A DNA stretch of 60,767 nucleotides, the filler included. It is 7 parts of 7 records of this genome, joined end to end, with 100 filler letters (N's around TTAATTAATTAA, not from the genome) between each part and the next. Parts side by side here need not be neighbours in the genome. Positions count along the whole stretch, not along the records: positions 25,452 to 30,613 come from SRR31156797_38280; positions 30,714 to 41,128 come from SRR31156797_38296; 5 more parts are not named here. One strand, 5' to 3'. The translations under genes and the position numbers were made by a program. Positions 27,083 to 37,952 of the stretch are shown piece by piece. The notes beneath the pieces were generated by a model. That model was given only the letters and a program-made list of their open reading frames with translations, ran no database searches and was not told the origin of the DNA. The stretch's first letter is position 1. The number at the start of each line of letters is the position of its first letter.

Positions 27083-30000
27083 ATGACTTTACTGAAGATC
27101 AATTCCTATAAAATCACCAAACAAAGGGTCATCATCAGGTATATATTAGTATTTTTGCTCCTCTTTGTTCTTATGGCGCCTTGCCGGGCGACTGCTTCGG
27201 ATAAGTCGAGTGAAGAGCTAAAAAGGGCCAACCAGTTAAATGCCAGGGCAATAAAGCTGAATAATAAGGAGAAGCATGTCGAAGCTCTCAATCTCGTAAA
27301 GGAAAGTCTTTCTATTCGGCAAAAACATCTTCCCCCGGATCACAAGAAGATAGGCGAATCGTTTTTTAACCTCGGTTTTACATACATGCTGCTCAAGGAT
27401 TTCCCGCCTGCTGAAAAAAATATGATGAAGGGAATGGACATTCTGGAAAAGACCCATGGCGCCGATCACGCAATAGTCGGTCAGGTGCTATGCCAGTTGG
27501 GAAATCTTTATTTACAGATCAGGGAATACGAAAAAGCAGACAAGGTTTTAAAAAGGTCGGTTTCCATATTGGAAAAAGCAGGCGCCAAACACAAAAATGG
27601 CTTGGCCCGCACCCTTGGCTTTGTCGGCCTGTATTACAAGAAACAGGCAAGGTATGAGGAGGCCTTGGCCGCCTATAAGCGTCAACTGGATATTCAGACT
27701 AAAACCAGAGGGCCTGAACATTCGGACTGCATCCATACCATGAAAAACATGGGCTGGATGCATTACCGGCTTAAGCAATATAACCGGTCAAAAGACTGTT
27801 TCAGTAAAGCTCTTAAAATAACCGAAAAAAAATATGGCGCAGGTCACCTTAAAAATGCCTTGTTTCTTGGTAATTTGGCTTATGTTCACAAGGCCGTGAA
27901 AGAATATGAAAAGGCGCTGCCCTTATATGAAAAGGCGCTTACAATTTACCGGAAGCATTTGAAAAAGGACGACACGCGCATTGGGAGAATACTTACTGAA
28001 CTGGCGGAAGTCCATTCAAAAATGAAGAATTACAATGAAGCTGAAAAGCTATTAAAGGAGGCTTTGAAAATATATGAAATGCATCCTGCTGAAAATGCAA
28101 ATCGATTGATAAACACAATGGGGAAAATCGGAGGCGTCTATTTATCGATCAAAGACTATTCCAGGTGTGAGCAATTCTGGAATAAAGCTTTGGAGCTGGC
28201 CCGAAAGACATATGGCAAGGATCATGTCAATGTATCATATCGATTAAACGATTTGTCTCAACTCTATTCGGCTCAAAGATCATATAAAAAAGCCATTTCC
28301 CTGTTAAACGAGGCAGCCTCAATACTGGATAAGTCGCCGGCTGAAAATGCGAAGGATCTGGCCTATACCTATTACTACCTGGGGCTGAATCACGGCCGCA
28401 ATGAACAATATGCCCAGGGGATAAAGTATTATGAAAAATCACTTGCCTTGAACGAGAAAAGCCGGGGGCCCGGCGATGAGGATACAATCCTGACCATGAT
28501 GAAACTGGCCGGTTTGAAGGATAAGACCGGCGGTTTGAGGGCGTCGGAAAAAATCTATCTTGAAGCCTTGTCCCGCAGCCGGAAATATATGGGCGATTCT
28601 AATGATTATACTGCCCATGCCATGAACCGGCTTGGGTCCATGTACGCAGCCGCCTATGAATATGAAAAGGCCGAGCAGATGCTTAACAATGCTCTTTTAA
28701 TAAAGGAAAAATTATACGGGAAAAACCATCCGGAAACCACTGATGTTCACTTGAACCTGTCCAAATATTTAAGCAACAAGGCGGATATGTATGGGGCCAG
28801 AAGTCACCTGGAAACAGCAGCGGCCATACTGGAAAAGGAACAGGGAGAGCCGTCTGCCGATTTGATTTGGATTTATAATGAACTGGCCGGGATTCTCAGT
28901 TTCATGGCCGAATATGAGAAGGCCGGCGAGCTTCATGATAAAGCTCTCCAATTGGCCGAGAGAAATTATGGCCGGGATCATTCCACTACAGCGGACATGA
29001 TTAAATCAAAAGCCAAATACCTTGCCTCCCTAGGAGAAAAAACAAGGGCGGAAGAGCTTTTAAAAGAGAGTTTGGAAATAAAAACAAAGATCTACGGAAA
29101 AGATCATCCCCAGGTCACGCCCATCCTGATTGATATGGCTATGTTATACCGCGATAAACCTGAAAAGAGCCTTCCCCTGTTGGAAAGGTCTTACTTTATA
29201 AGAGCAAAGGTAAGCGGGAAAAACCATCCCGCCCTTATTATCGATATGGGAAGACTGGTAACGTTATACGGATTAAAAGGGGATCAGGAAAAGGCCAAGG
29301 AATATCTGGAGAAAATACAAAGCATAACAAAAATGCTGCCGTCCAGTCATCCGCTGAAAATAGTAGGCTTGTTCAGTACAGCCATGTTCTACACGTCCCA
29401 GGGAGAATATTTAAAGGCCTCGCCGTATTTCAATGAATTAAAATCCTTTTTTGAAAAGTTAATCGGCCCTGATTCTCACTTTGTCGGCCAACTTATTGCT
29501 GCCCAGGCCCTGGTTGAAGCGTCTCAAAAGCGTTATGCCAACGCCCACGAATTATTCACCAAAATGGTCGGCATCCAGGACAAGCAGATAGATAAAATAC
29601 TCGGCTTTACGTCCGAATCTCAAAAGATTAAATATATCAAGCAAATGGAAAGAAGTTTACATGCGTACCTCAGTAATGTTCTGCTCAATCTGAAGGACGA
29701 TCCCCAGGCTTTGAAACAGGGGCTGGATGCCTGGTTGAGGAGAAAAGGCATTGTTCTGGATGCTCAGAAAAGATTCCAGGAAGCATTGATATATGGCGAT
29801 AATAAAGAAGTTTTTATTATTTTTGAGGAATTATCCAGAGTGCGCGCCAGAATATCCAGGTTGTCTTTTTCCGCTCAATACATGATACAGCCTGAAAAAG
29901 TCAATAAACTGATCTCGGAATTAGAGTCCCGCAAACGCGAACTGGAAGCAAAGTTAAGCAAACTCAGCCGCTCTTATGCCTCGGCCAAAAAAGTTGCCAG

Positions 30001-30613
30001 GGCGGATTCCGGCAAGGTTGCCGCAGCGTTGCCCTCCGGCTCGGTTTTAATAGAGTTTGTCAGAATTCGGATCGCCGACTTCAAGCATGTATATAAAAAC
30101 TGGAAGCCGGAACGCTACATGGCCTTTATTCTCCACTCGGGTAAAAGCAAAGGCCTCTACCTTGTCGATTTAGGTCCGGCTTTGTCAGTTGACCAGGCAG
30201 TGGCAGCTTTTAAAAAGGCCGCAACAGACCCGGATGATATCGAAGGATTGGAAATCATCCTGGCCGGCGCAGGATTGTATGATAAGGTCTTTGCTCCGAT
30301 AGTGCCGAAATTGGGAGATAAAAAAAAGGTATTTATCGCGCCGGATGGGAATCTCAACTTAATCCCCTTTGAAACCCTGCCCACGCCGGACGGAAGATAT
30401 CTTATCGATGATTTTACTTTCAATTATGTTAATTCAGGCAGGGACGTGCTGGGATTCGGGACCAGAAAAAGCAAACATGGACCGGCAATATTGATGGGAG
30501 ATCCCCTGTTCGATCTTTCCCCAAAAAAGAAAAAATCTGTCTTACGTAAAATTAAAGTTGAGAAAAAAGAAAAAAAGTCTGATTTCAGAAAATCTGAAAA
30601 ACTGCGTTCACTC
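27083..30613 (+). CDS. TPR-repeat + CHAT (caspase-like peptidase) domain protein, 3' truncated
   Basis: Signal-like N-terminus, many 42-aa kinesin-light-chain-type TPRs (G..HP), then LRRKGIVLD and IAPDGNLNLIPFETL CHAT motifs; catalytic dyad lies beyond the contig end. Confidence 0.9.
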
Positions 30614-30713
30614 NNNNNNNNNNNNNNNNNNNNNNNNNNNNNNNNNNNNNNNNNNNNTTAATTAATTAANNNNNNNNNNNNNNNNNNNNNNNNNNNNNNN
30701 NNNNNNNNNNNNN
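30614..30713. other. Artificial contig linker
   Basis: 44 N + TTAATTAATTAA + 44 N. Confidence 0.98.
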
Positions 30714-30714
30714 T

Positions 30715-31293
30715 AAAAAAGCAGGTGTACAATGGATTGTTTATACCAGCTTATTGCATGCCAACACTACATCGTTAAGCCTGGCTGGTGAACACCTGGC
30801 AACGGAACAAGCATTAAAAGATTCAGGTATCGAGTACACCATCTTACGCAACGGCTGGTACACTGAAAACTACACAGGATCGATTGCCGGTGCTTTGGCT
30901 GCTGGCGCCTTTGCAGGAAGTGCAGGTGAAGGAAAAATTTCGTCAGCCACACGTGCCGACTATGCTGAAGCCGCTGCAGTTGTACTTTCAGATGACAGCC
31001 ACAAAGGAAAACTTTATGAATTGGCCGGAGATGAAGCTTACACCCTGACAGAACTGGCAGCTGAAGTTTCGAAACAAAGCGGGAAAACTATTCCTTATGC
31101 CAACTTACCGGAAAATGAGTATGCCAAGTTGCTAAAAAAAGTTGGGTTACCCGAAACTTATGCGCTTGGAATTGCCAGTTGGGATATTGGAGCTTCCAAA
31201 GGAGATTTGTTTGATGATTCACAAGAGCTTTCAAAACTAATTGGAAGACCAACCACTTCGCTAGCCGAGGCAGTAAGTATTGCACTGAAATAA
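30715..31293 (+). CDS. NAD(P)H quinone oxidoreductase QorB/YtfG-like (NmrA-type SDR), 5' truncated
   Basis: YTSLLHA, EHLATE, YTILRNGWYTEN, RADYAEAAA and LIGRPTT motifs. Confidence 0.9.
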   Translation, partial: KKAGVQWIVYTSLLHANTTSLSLAGEHLATEQALKDSGIEYTILRNGWYTENYTGSIAGALAAGAFAGSAGEGKISSATRADYAEAAAVVLSDDSHKGKLYELAGDEAYTLTELAAEVSKQSGKTIPYANLPENEYAKLLKKVGLPETYALGIASWDIGASKGDLFDDSQELSKLIGRPTTSLAEAVSIALK

Positions 31294-31310
31294 TTAGGAA
31301 ATGATCTACT

Positions 31311-31348
31311 CTGCTTGTAATCGCCGGTTTTGGTTGATTACAGGCAGA
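31311..31348. terminator. Hairpin between convergent genes
   Basis: CTGCTTGTAATC/GATTACAGGCAG inverted repeat. Confidence 0.6.
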
Positions 31349-31392
31349 TTTATATGGCAATTCTATCAATTGTCCATTAACTCTCTTATAAT

Positions 31393-32418
31393 TTATGTCG
31401 ATCCTCCTTCCACAAAATCACCATCCAAATAAATAACCTGTGACTCGGTTGTTGCAAATTGATCCTTTTCAATCCGTTCAAATAAAACTTCTGAAGCCTT
31501 TTGACCAATTTCAAATCCCATGGGATTTATTCCTGATAAAGGAGGATTATACATTGTCCGGTACAATTCTTCGCAAAAACCAATTACTGAGATATCATCA
31601 GGCACGCGTAAATTCTTTTTATATATCGCTTTCATTACTCCCGACATGGTTAAATCGCTAATGGCCAGTATAGCATCAGGTGGATTTTTCATGTTCAGTA
31701 AACGTAGTGTTTCTTGCTCTGCTTCTTCGGGCCACTCACACGATATCACCAAATCGTTATTTACCGGAAACCGGTACTCCTGTAGAGCCATTTTATAACC
31801 ATGTAAGCGGTTCTGACTGATTAAAAGATTCAGATTTCCGGTACATATCGCAATTCGTTTTCTGCCTTTATTTAGTAAGCGAATAACCGAATTATATGCA
31901 CCGGTAACATCATCCAGTAAAACAACATCAGCATTTAACTCTTTTACCACACGGTCGAAAAATACAATAGGGAGCCCAAGATCGATAACTTTCCGGAAAT
32001 GATCAAAATTCGTGGTTTTCCGCGATACCGAAACCAAAATCCCTTCCACATTATTGGCCAGTAGAATTTCTACATTTTCTACTTCTCTTTCGTATTCCTC
32101 GTTCGATTGTAAAATAAGTAGATTATAACCTTTTCGGTGTACAACATTTTCAATTCCATGTAAAACCGAGGGAATAAAGAAGTACGAAATTTGAGGAACA
32201 ATCAGTCCGATTACTTTACTTTTTTTATGGCGAAGCGATGAGGCCACCACATTGGGTCGATAGTTTAATCCTTTTGCAACCTTTTTTACTGCTTCAATAG
32301 TTGCCGGACTAATATCCGGATGATCCTTTAATGCACGGCTTACCGTACTTTTTGATAATCCCAGATTATTTGCAATGTCTTGTAGAGTAATCGGTTTCCC
32401 TTTCATAAGTTCTTTCAA
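31393..32418 (-). CDS. LacI family transcriptional regulator
   Basis: TLQDIANNLGLSKSTVSRAL HTH, YRPN..A..L hinge, VPDDISVIGF. Confidence 0.95.
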   Translation of the reverse strand: MKELMKGKPITLQDIANNLGLSKSTVSRALKDHPDISPATIEAVKKVAKGLNYRPNVVASSLRHKKSKVIGLIVPQISYFFIPSVLHGIENVVHRKGYNLLILQSNEEYEREVENVEILLANNVEGILVSVSRKTTNFDHFRKVIDLGLPIVFFDRVVKELNADVVLLDDVTGAYNSVIRLLNKGRKRIAICTGNLNLLISQNRLHGYKMALQEYRFPVNNDLVISCEWPEEAEQETLRLLNMKNPPDAILAISDLTMSGVMKAIYKKNLRVPDDISVIGFCEELYRTMYNPPLSGINPMGFEIGQKASEVLFERIEKDQFATTESQVIYLDGDFVEGGST

Positions 32419-32574
32419 CTAATCGATAAACAAATATATAAATCCAAAACAATTAAATACTAAGGGCAGTAATTTCATTTCCTATCCTTTTTACATCAAA
32501 TATTACAACAAAATCAATCTATTATGTTAACAATACTAAAAAACGTTGTAAAAATCGACCCAGAAGTTATCAAC

Positions 32575-32600
32575 CACAACCGATTGCGCAACCGGTTGCG
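32575..32600. promoter_or_regulatory. Tandem LacI-type operators
   Basis: CACAACCGATTGCG (32575-32588) overlapping the perfect palindrome CGCAACCGGTTGCG (32587-32600), with central CG, between lacI and the receptor. Confidence 0.8.
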
Positions 32601-32655
32601 TTTCTTTTTATTGGCTCAACTAACTGAAAAACAACATTTGTATTGCCTTACCAAA

Positions 32656-32663
32656 TAGATTTG
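32656..32663 (+). promoter_or_regulatory. Bacteroidota -7 promoter element
   Basis: TAGATTTG fits TAnnTTTG upstream of the receptor; TATATTTG on the minus strand (32431-32438) serves lacI. Confidence 0.55.
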
Positions 32664-32726
32664 AACCGCAGTTAGACAAACAGCAAAAATTAAAGTTCAA
32701 TAAAACTATTCGTAAAAACTTTAACT

Positions 32727-35384
32727 ATGAGAAAATCATTTATTGTAATTATTCTGGCTTTGGTAGCTTGCACCGCTACTTTTGCCCAAACAGGTACCTT
32801 AAAAGGAATCATTACCGACGAATCAAACAACGAGATTCTGATTGGAGCCTCCATTGTAATTAAAGGAACCACCATTGGAACCATTACCAATTTTAACGGG
32901 GAATATGAATTACCCGGCATTGATCCTGGCACTCAAACCGTTCTGGTTTCATTTATCGGTTATTCAGGTTACGAAACCGCTGTTGAAGTTACAACAGACC
33001 AGGTTACAACCTTAAATGTTTCATTGTCTCCCGACCTTATTGGTCTGGATGAAGTAGTTGTTACAGGTGTGGTAAATCAAAAATCAGCACTTGAATCGAG
33101 TGTTGCTATGACTACCATCAAACCCAGATTTATGAAAGAATTTGGTGCAGTAACCACTGCCGAAATGTTTAAAGCCATTCCCGGTATCCGATCTGAATCG
33201 ACCGGTGGTGAAGGAAATGCAAACATTGCTGTACGTGGTGTGCCAGTAGCATCGGGTGGTGCAAAGTTCTTACAATTGCACGAAGATGGCCTGCCTGTTC
33301 TCCAGTTTGGAGATATTTCGTTTGGTAATGCCGACATTTTTTTACGTGCAGACCAAACCGTAAAACGTGTAGAAGCCATTAAAGGTGGAAGTGCCTCAAC
33401 TTTTGCCAGTAACTCACCTGCGGGTATTATCAACTTTATAAGTAAAACAGGCGATATTACCGGTGGTAGCATCGGAACCACTTTTGGTGTAGACTACAAC
33501 TCTTTCAGAACCGACTTTGAATATGGATCGCCTATAGGTGACGACCTTAATTTCCATATTGGTGGTTTCTTCCGTCAGGGAACTGGCCCTAGAGATCCGG
33601 GTTACACCGGAAATATTGGTGGGCAGATAAAAGCCAACATTACCAAACATTTTGAAAAAGGTTATGCCCGTGTTTATTTCAAATTCTTAAACGACAGAAC
33701 CGTGAGTTACATGCCAATGCCTGTTCAGATTACTGGTACTGCCGATAACCCGGAGTTCAGTTCAATTCCCGGATTCGATTTAAACCATGGAACCTTACAG
33801 AGCTCTGCATTTCAACTGGTAAACGGTGTTGATGGTGCCGGAAACTCAAGAACCAGCAACATCTCGGATGGTATGCACCCTATTTCGTATGCGGTTGGTG
33901 GAGAATTTTCGTTTGACATGGGAGAAGGTTGGCATATGAAAGAAAAATTCAGAATGGCACTTACAAATGGAACATTTAATTCACCGTTCCCGGCGCAGGT
34001 TGGAGCAGCGAACGATATTGCTGAAAGTATTGCCGGAGAAGGTTATACGCTTAGTTATGCCAACGGTGCCAATGCAGGAGTTCCTTTAAGTAGTAGCGAA
34101 ATCAACAACCTGAACGGTAATGGCTTATTAATGCGTATTCACTTGTTTGATACCGAAATGAACAACCTGAATAATTTTACTAACGACTTATACCTGACCA
34201 AAACTATTGATAAGATTACCATGACTTTTGGTTACTACAAAGCTTATCAGCGCATTGCAATGACCTGGTTATGGCAAACTTACCTAACCGATGTAAGTTC
34301 AGAAAATGGTCCGCGTTTAATGAACATCGAAAGTGCTGATGGCTCGTACTACAGCGAAAATGGTTTGACCTCGCACGGTACGCCTTATTGGGGTGACATA
34401 ACTAGAGGCTATGACATGGCATACTCGATTGATGCTCCTTATGCCAATTTTGAATATGAGGCCAGTGACAAATTAAATGTTGACGCAAGTATCCGTTATG
34501 ATTTTGGTTCGGCAAGCGGTTATTACCTCAATCAAAGAAATTCCGTTATCGATGTAAATAAAGATGGTGAAATTAGTCCGGTAGAAGAAGAAGTGCCAAC
34601 ACTCGACAACGGTACACCAAACATTGTAGATTACGATTTTGATTACCTGTCGTATTCAGTAGGTGCTAACTACAAAATCGACAAAGACAAAGCAGTATTT
34701 GCACGATACAGCAAAGGAGGAAGAGCCAATGCCGATCGTTTGTTATATACAGAATTCCTAACTTCTGAAGGTACAACCATTGAAGGTTTATCTAACGATG
34801 AAATTAAACAAGCCGAATTGGGTTATAAATATAAATCGCCAAAAGTTGGTTTAATTGCCACTGGTTTCTTAACCAACATAAGCGAGCAAAACGAAGAATT
34901 TGGCCGTGCGATCAACAAGAAATTCCGTTCGTTTGGAGCAGAGGTTGAATTAGTTGCACAATTTGGAGATTTGAATATTATGTCGGGTGCCACTTACACA
35001 AATGCCGAGATTACAGAAAGTATTAATGAAGGCGAAGAAGGAAATACTCCGCGCCGTGTGCCTGATTTCCTTTACAACATTAATCCTTCCTATTCTTTTG
35101 TCGATGGTAAATTTGTTTTGGGTTGCAGCCTGGTTGGAACCACAAAGGTATTTTCACAAGACGATAATGCGGTTGTAATTCCGGCTTATGCCTACCTGAA
35201 TGCTTTTGCAACTTATCATCTGACCAAAGGACTTACGCTTCGTGCCAATGTAAATAACCTTACCAATACGCTTGGTTTTACCGAGATGGAAGGCGATACT
35301 TTTGTTGACGGTTCAACGAATTATTTTAGAGCAAGACCAATTACAGGAAGAGCTACAACTTTCACTATTTCATATCAATTTTAA
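32727..35384 (+). CDS. TonB-dependent receptor (sugar; SuxA-like rather than SusC-type)
   Basis: Signal peptide, carboxypeptidase-regulatory-like N-domain, plug EDGLPVLQFGD...EAIKGGSAS...PAGIINFISKTG, C-terminal YQF. Confidence 0.92.
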   Translation: MRKSFIVIILALVACTATFAQTGTLKGIITDESNNEILIGASIVIKGTTIGTITNFNGEYELPGIDPGTQTVLVSFIGYSGYETAVEVTTDQVTTLNVSLSPDLIGLDEVVVTGVVNQKSALESSVAMTTIKPRFMKEFGAVTTAEMFKAIPGIRSESTGGEGNANIAVRGVPVASGGAKFLQLHEDGLPVLQFGDISFGNADIFLRADQTVKRVEAIKGGSASTFASNSPAGIINFISKTGDITGGSIGTTFGVDYNSFRTDFEYGSPIGDDLNFHIGGFFRQGTGPRDPGYTGNIGGQIKANITKHFEKGYARVYFKFLNDRTVSYMPMPVQITGTADNPEFSSIPGFDLNHGTLQSSAFQLVNGVDGAGNSRTSNISDGMHPISYAVGGEFSFDMGEGWHMKEKFRMALTNGTFNSPFPAQVGAANDIAESIAGEGYTLSYANGANAGVPLSSSEINNLNGNGLLMRIHLFDTEMNNLNNFTNDLYLTKTIDKITMTFGYYKAYQRIAMTWLWQTYLTDVSSENGPRLMNIESADGSYYSENGLTSHGTPYWGDITRGYDMAYSIDAPYANFEYEASDKLNVDASIRYDFGSASGYYLNQRNSVIDVNKDGEISPVEEEVPTLDNGTPNIVDYDFDYLSYSVGANYKIDKDKAVFARYSKGGRANADRLLYTEFLTSEGTTIEGLSNDEIKQAELGYKYKSPKVGLIATGFLTNISEQNEEFGRAINKKFRSFGAEVELVAQFGDLNIMSGATYTNAEITESINEGEEGNTPRRVPDFLYNINPSYSFVDGKFVLGCSLVGTTKVFSQDDNAVVIPAYAYLNAFATYHLTKGLTLRANVNNLTNTLGFTEMEGDTFVDGSTNYFRARPITGRATTFTISYQF

Positions 35385-35415
35385 TTGTTTTCATTACAGC
35401 TGTCAAAGTTTATGT

Positions 35416-35436
35416 CCCGGAGATAAATTCTCCGGG
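35416..35436 (+). other. Intercistronic hairpin after the receptor
   Basis: CCCGGAGA/TCTCCGGG inverted repeat. Confidence 0.55.
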
Positions 35437-35498
35437 GCTCTTTTAAAACTTTTAAAACAAAAAACCGTTCAAGATAAAAACCTTAAAATTTAAACATT

Positions 35499-36128
35499 AT
35501 GAATCCTCACGAGAAAGCAGCAAACCTCATCGTATCAGAAATCATTGATGAACTAAAAGACCAAAAAAGAAAGTATACCATCACCCTGGCCGGAGAAAGC
35601 GGATGTGGAAAATCGGAAACAGGGAAAGCTTTTATCGAGGAATTCAAAAAACATGGTATTGAAGCTATGGTTTTAGGGCAGGATAATTATTTCAATCTGG
35701 CTCCTTTGCCAAACGATGCCCAACGAAAAGCTGATTCAACCTGGTTAGGTCCACGAAAAGAAGTTAACCTGGAATATTTGCACAAAAATCTTCAGGATTT
35801 TAAGAACGGTGCCAGTCAGATTATCGTTCCGCACATTCCTTATTACAGTGAAGAAATTGAAGAACAACCACTTGATGTTGAAAACATTAAGGTTATAATT
35901 GCAGAAGGAACCTATACAACTTTACTCAGAAATGTGGATTTAAGAGTTTTTATTGATGCCAACTATCACGATACACTTAAATACCGGAAATTAAGAAACC
36001 GAGGAAACGAAGTGAATGATCCCTTTGTTGAAGGCATTTTGGAAACTGAACACAAAATAATCGCAGGACATATTTTCCTGGCCGATTTTGTTATAACCAA
36101 AGACTATGATGTAATTTCAAACCGATAG
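35499..36128 (+). CDS. P-loop kinase, uridine kinase/PRK fold; putative sugar (sucrose) kinase
   Basis: Walker A GESGCGKS, QDNY, IIAEGTY and RKLRNR motifs; embedded in a sugar operon. Confidence 0.75.
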   Translation: MNPHEKAANLIVSEIIDELKDQKRKYTITLAGESGCGKSETGKAFIEEFKKHGIEAMVLGQDNYFNLAPLPNDAQRKADSTWLGPRKEVNLEYLHKNLQDFKNGASQIIVPHIPYYSEEIEEQPLDVENIKVIIAEGTYTTLLRNVDLRVFIDANYHDTLKYRKLRNRGNEVNDPFVEGILETEHKIIAGHIFLADFVITKDYDVISNR

Positions 36129-36168
36129 TAGACAAAACACAGAAACCTGGTATAAAAAGAACTTTATT

Positions 36169-37878
36169 ATGGAAAATAATACTAAGGCAGCGATCTATTC
36201 TGGTCCCATGCTGAATGCATACCCGGATAGCATTGGGGGGAAATTGGAAGATATTGTAAAATTTCTTCAAACTCCCGAATTAAAGGATGCCTTTCAATCG
36301 TTTTATATTTTACCCAGCGTTTTTAATACCGACCTTGACCGGGGATTCTCCGTAATCGACTACGAGCTGAATGAACTTTATGCTTCGCCGGAAGATTTGA
36401 AAAATTTAAAAGAATTAGACATTTCTCTTAAGTTCGACTTCGTTTTAAACCACTCCTCTGTTTTATCTCCCCAGTTTCAGGATATTATTAAAAACGGCGA
36501 AAATTCGAAATACACAGATTTTTTTATACAATGGAACAAATTCTGGCAAGGCTACGGTGAAATGACCGATGAAGGATATATTCAACCGGATGCAGAATAC
36601 ATTAAAGATATGTTTTTCAGGAAATCTGGATTACCAATACTAAAAGTCAGGATGCCAGATGGAAAAGAAGTGCCTTACTGGAATACATTTTACCAAAAGG
36701 TAGATTACAGTACAGTTGATGCCAGAGACCTTATGCTTTCATTGGATATCCAATACACTACTGCACAAAAGCTGGCAGAATTGGCCAATAAGGCTGTCCT
36801 TGATGGCAAGAAACCATCGGAAATTGAATTCGGAACTTTCGGGCTTTTCCGCGAAAAAATAATTAGCCACCTGGAATCGGGTAGAAAATACCTCGGCCAA
36901 ATGGATTTAAACATAAAATCCCCATTGGTTTGGGAATTTTACGAGGATACCTTAAAAAAACTTTCAGCATATGGAGCAAATATAGTTCGACTCGATGCTT
37001 TTGCTTATGCGCCTAAAGAACCTGGTTCCACTAATTTTCTGAACGATCCTGGTACCTGGGATCTACTTGAAAAGGTTAAAAAACTTGCCGATAAATATGG
37101 TTTAACACTATTGCCTGAAATTCATTCGAAGTATGAAGAGAAGATACACGAAAAGCTTTCAGAAAAAGGTTATCTTACCTATGACTTTTTCTTACCGGGA
37201 TTACTGATTGATGCACTGGAACGACATACAAATGAAACCCTTATAAAGTGGATAAAAGATATTCAGAAAAAGGATTTGAAGGTTGTGAACATGTTGGGTT
37301 GCCACGATGGAATACCTTTGCTCGATTTAAAAGGGCTAATTACTGATAAACAAATTCAGTTGTTAATTGATACGGTGGTTAAACGTGGAGGTTATGTAAA
37401 AGATTTACACGGGAAAAAGAACATGTATTACCAGGTTAATGCTACCTATTACAGTGCATTGGGAGAAAAAGATGAAAAACTTCTGTTAGCCAGAGCTATT
37501 CAAATATTTATGCCTGGTAAACCCCAGGTATGGTACCTCGATCTTCTTGCCGGGAAAAATGATCATGAGGCGGTTGAAAAAGCAGGTCCGGGTGGTCACA
37601 AAGAAATTAACAGAAGCAACTTAAAGTTGATCCAGGCCTACGATGGACTAGAAAATGATGTTGTTCGCAAACAACTGGAATTGTTAAAATTTAGAAATCG
37701 TTTTCCTGCTTTTGGTTTTAATGCCAAATTAGAAATACTTACCTCAGAACCGCACGAGTTGAAACTTAAATGGCAAAATAATGCCTGTACTGCACAACTG
37801 GAAGCGAATTTAAAAGACTATTCATTTTCAATAACGGCAAACGATGAAAAAGATGTTGAAGTTTACCGTTTCAACTAA
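36169..37878 (+). CDS. GH13_18 sucrose-phosphorylase family enzyme (sucrose-6F-phosphate phosphorylase-like clade)
   Basis: MLNAYPDS, DRGFS, catalytic RLDAFAY / LPEIH / CHDGIP, loop motif KNMYYQVN, MPGKPQVWY. Confidence 0.88.
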   Translation: MENNTKAAIYSGPMLNAYPDSIGGKLEDIVKFLQTPELKDAFQSFYILPSVFNTDLDRGFSVIDYELNELYASPEDLKNLKELDISLKFDFVLNHSSVLSPQFQDIIKNGENSKYTDFFIQWNKFWQGYGEMTDEGYIQPDAEYIKDMFFRKSGLPILKVRMPDGKEVPYWNTFYQKVDYSTVDARDLMLSLDIQYTTAQKLAELANKAVLDGKKPSEIEFGTFGLFREKIISHLESGRKYLGQMDLNIKSPLVWEFYEDTLKKLSAYGANIVRLDAFAYAPKEPGSTNFLNDPGTWDLLEKVKKLADKYGLTLLPEIHSKYEEKIHEKLSEKGYLTYDFFLPGLLIDALERHTNETLIKWIKDIQKKDLKVVNMLGCHDGIPLLDLKGLITDKQIQLLIDTVVKRGGYVKDLHGKKNMYYQVNATYYSALGEKDEKLLLARAIQIFMPGKPQVWYLDLLAGKNDHEAVEKAGPGGHKEINRSNLKLIQAYDGLENDVVRKQLELLKFRNRFPAFGFNAKLEILTSEPHELKLKWQNNACTAQLEANLKDYSFSITANDEKDVEVYRFN

Positions 37879-37952
37879 AATTTAACTCGATTCTATAAGC
37901 AAAATATATCGCACAGTAAGCAAAAATAAAATCATTTAAAATACTAATACTT

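Noticed and set aside
27083-30613. Craspase (Csx29)/type III-E CRISPR link
   Set aside because: No cas genes or array nearby, and the protein appears exported
35499-36128. Housekeeping uridine kinase (udk)
   Set aside because: Shares the fold, but I could not find typical Udk motifs such as NFDHP, and it sits inside a sugar operon
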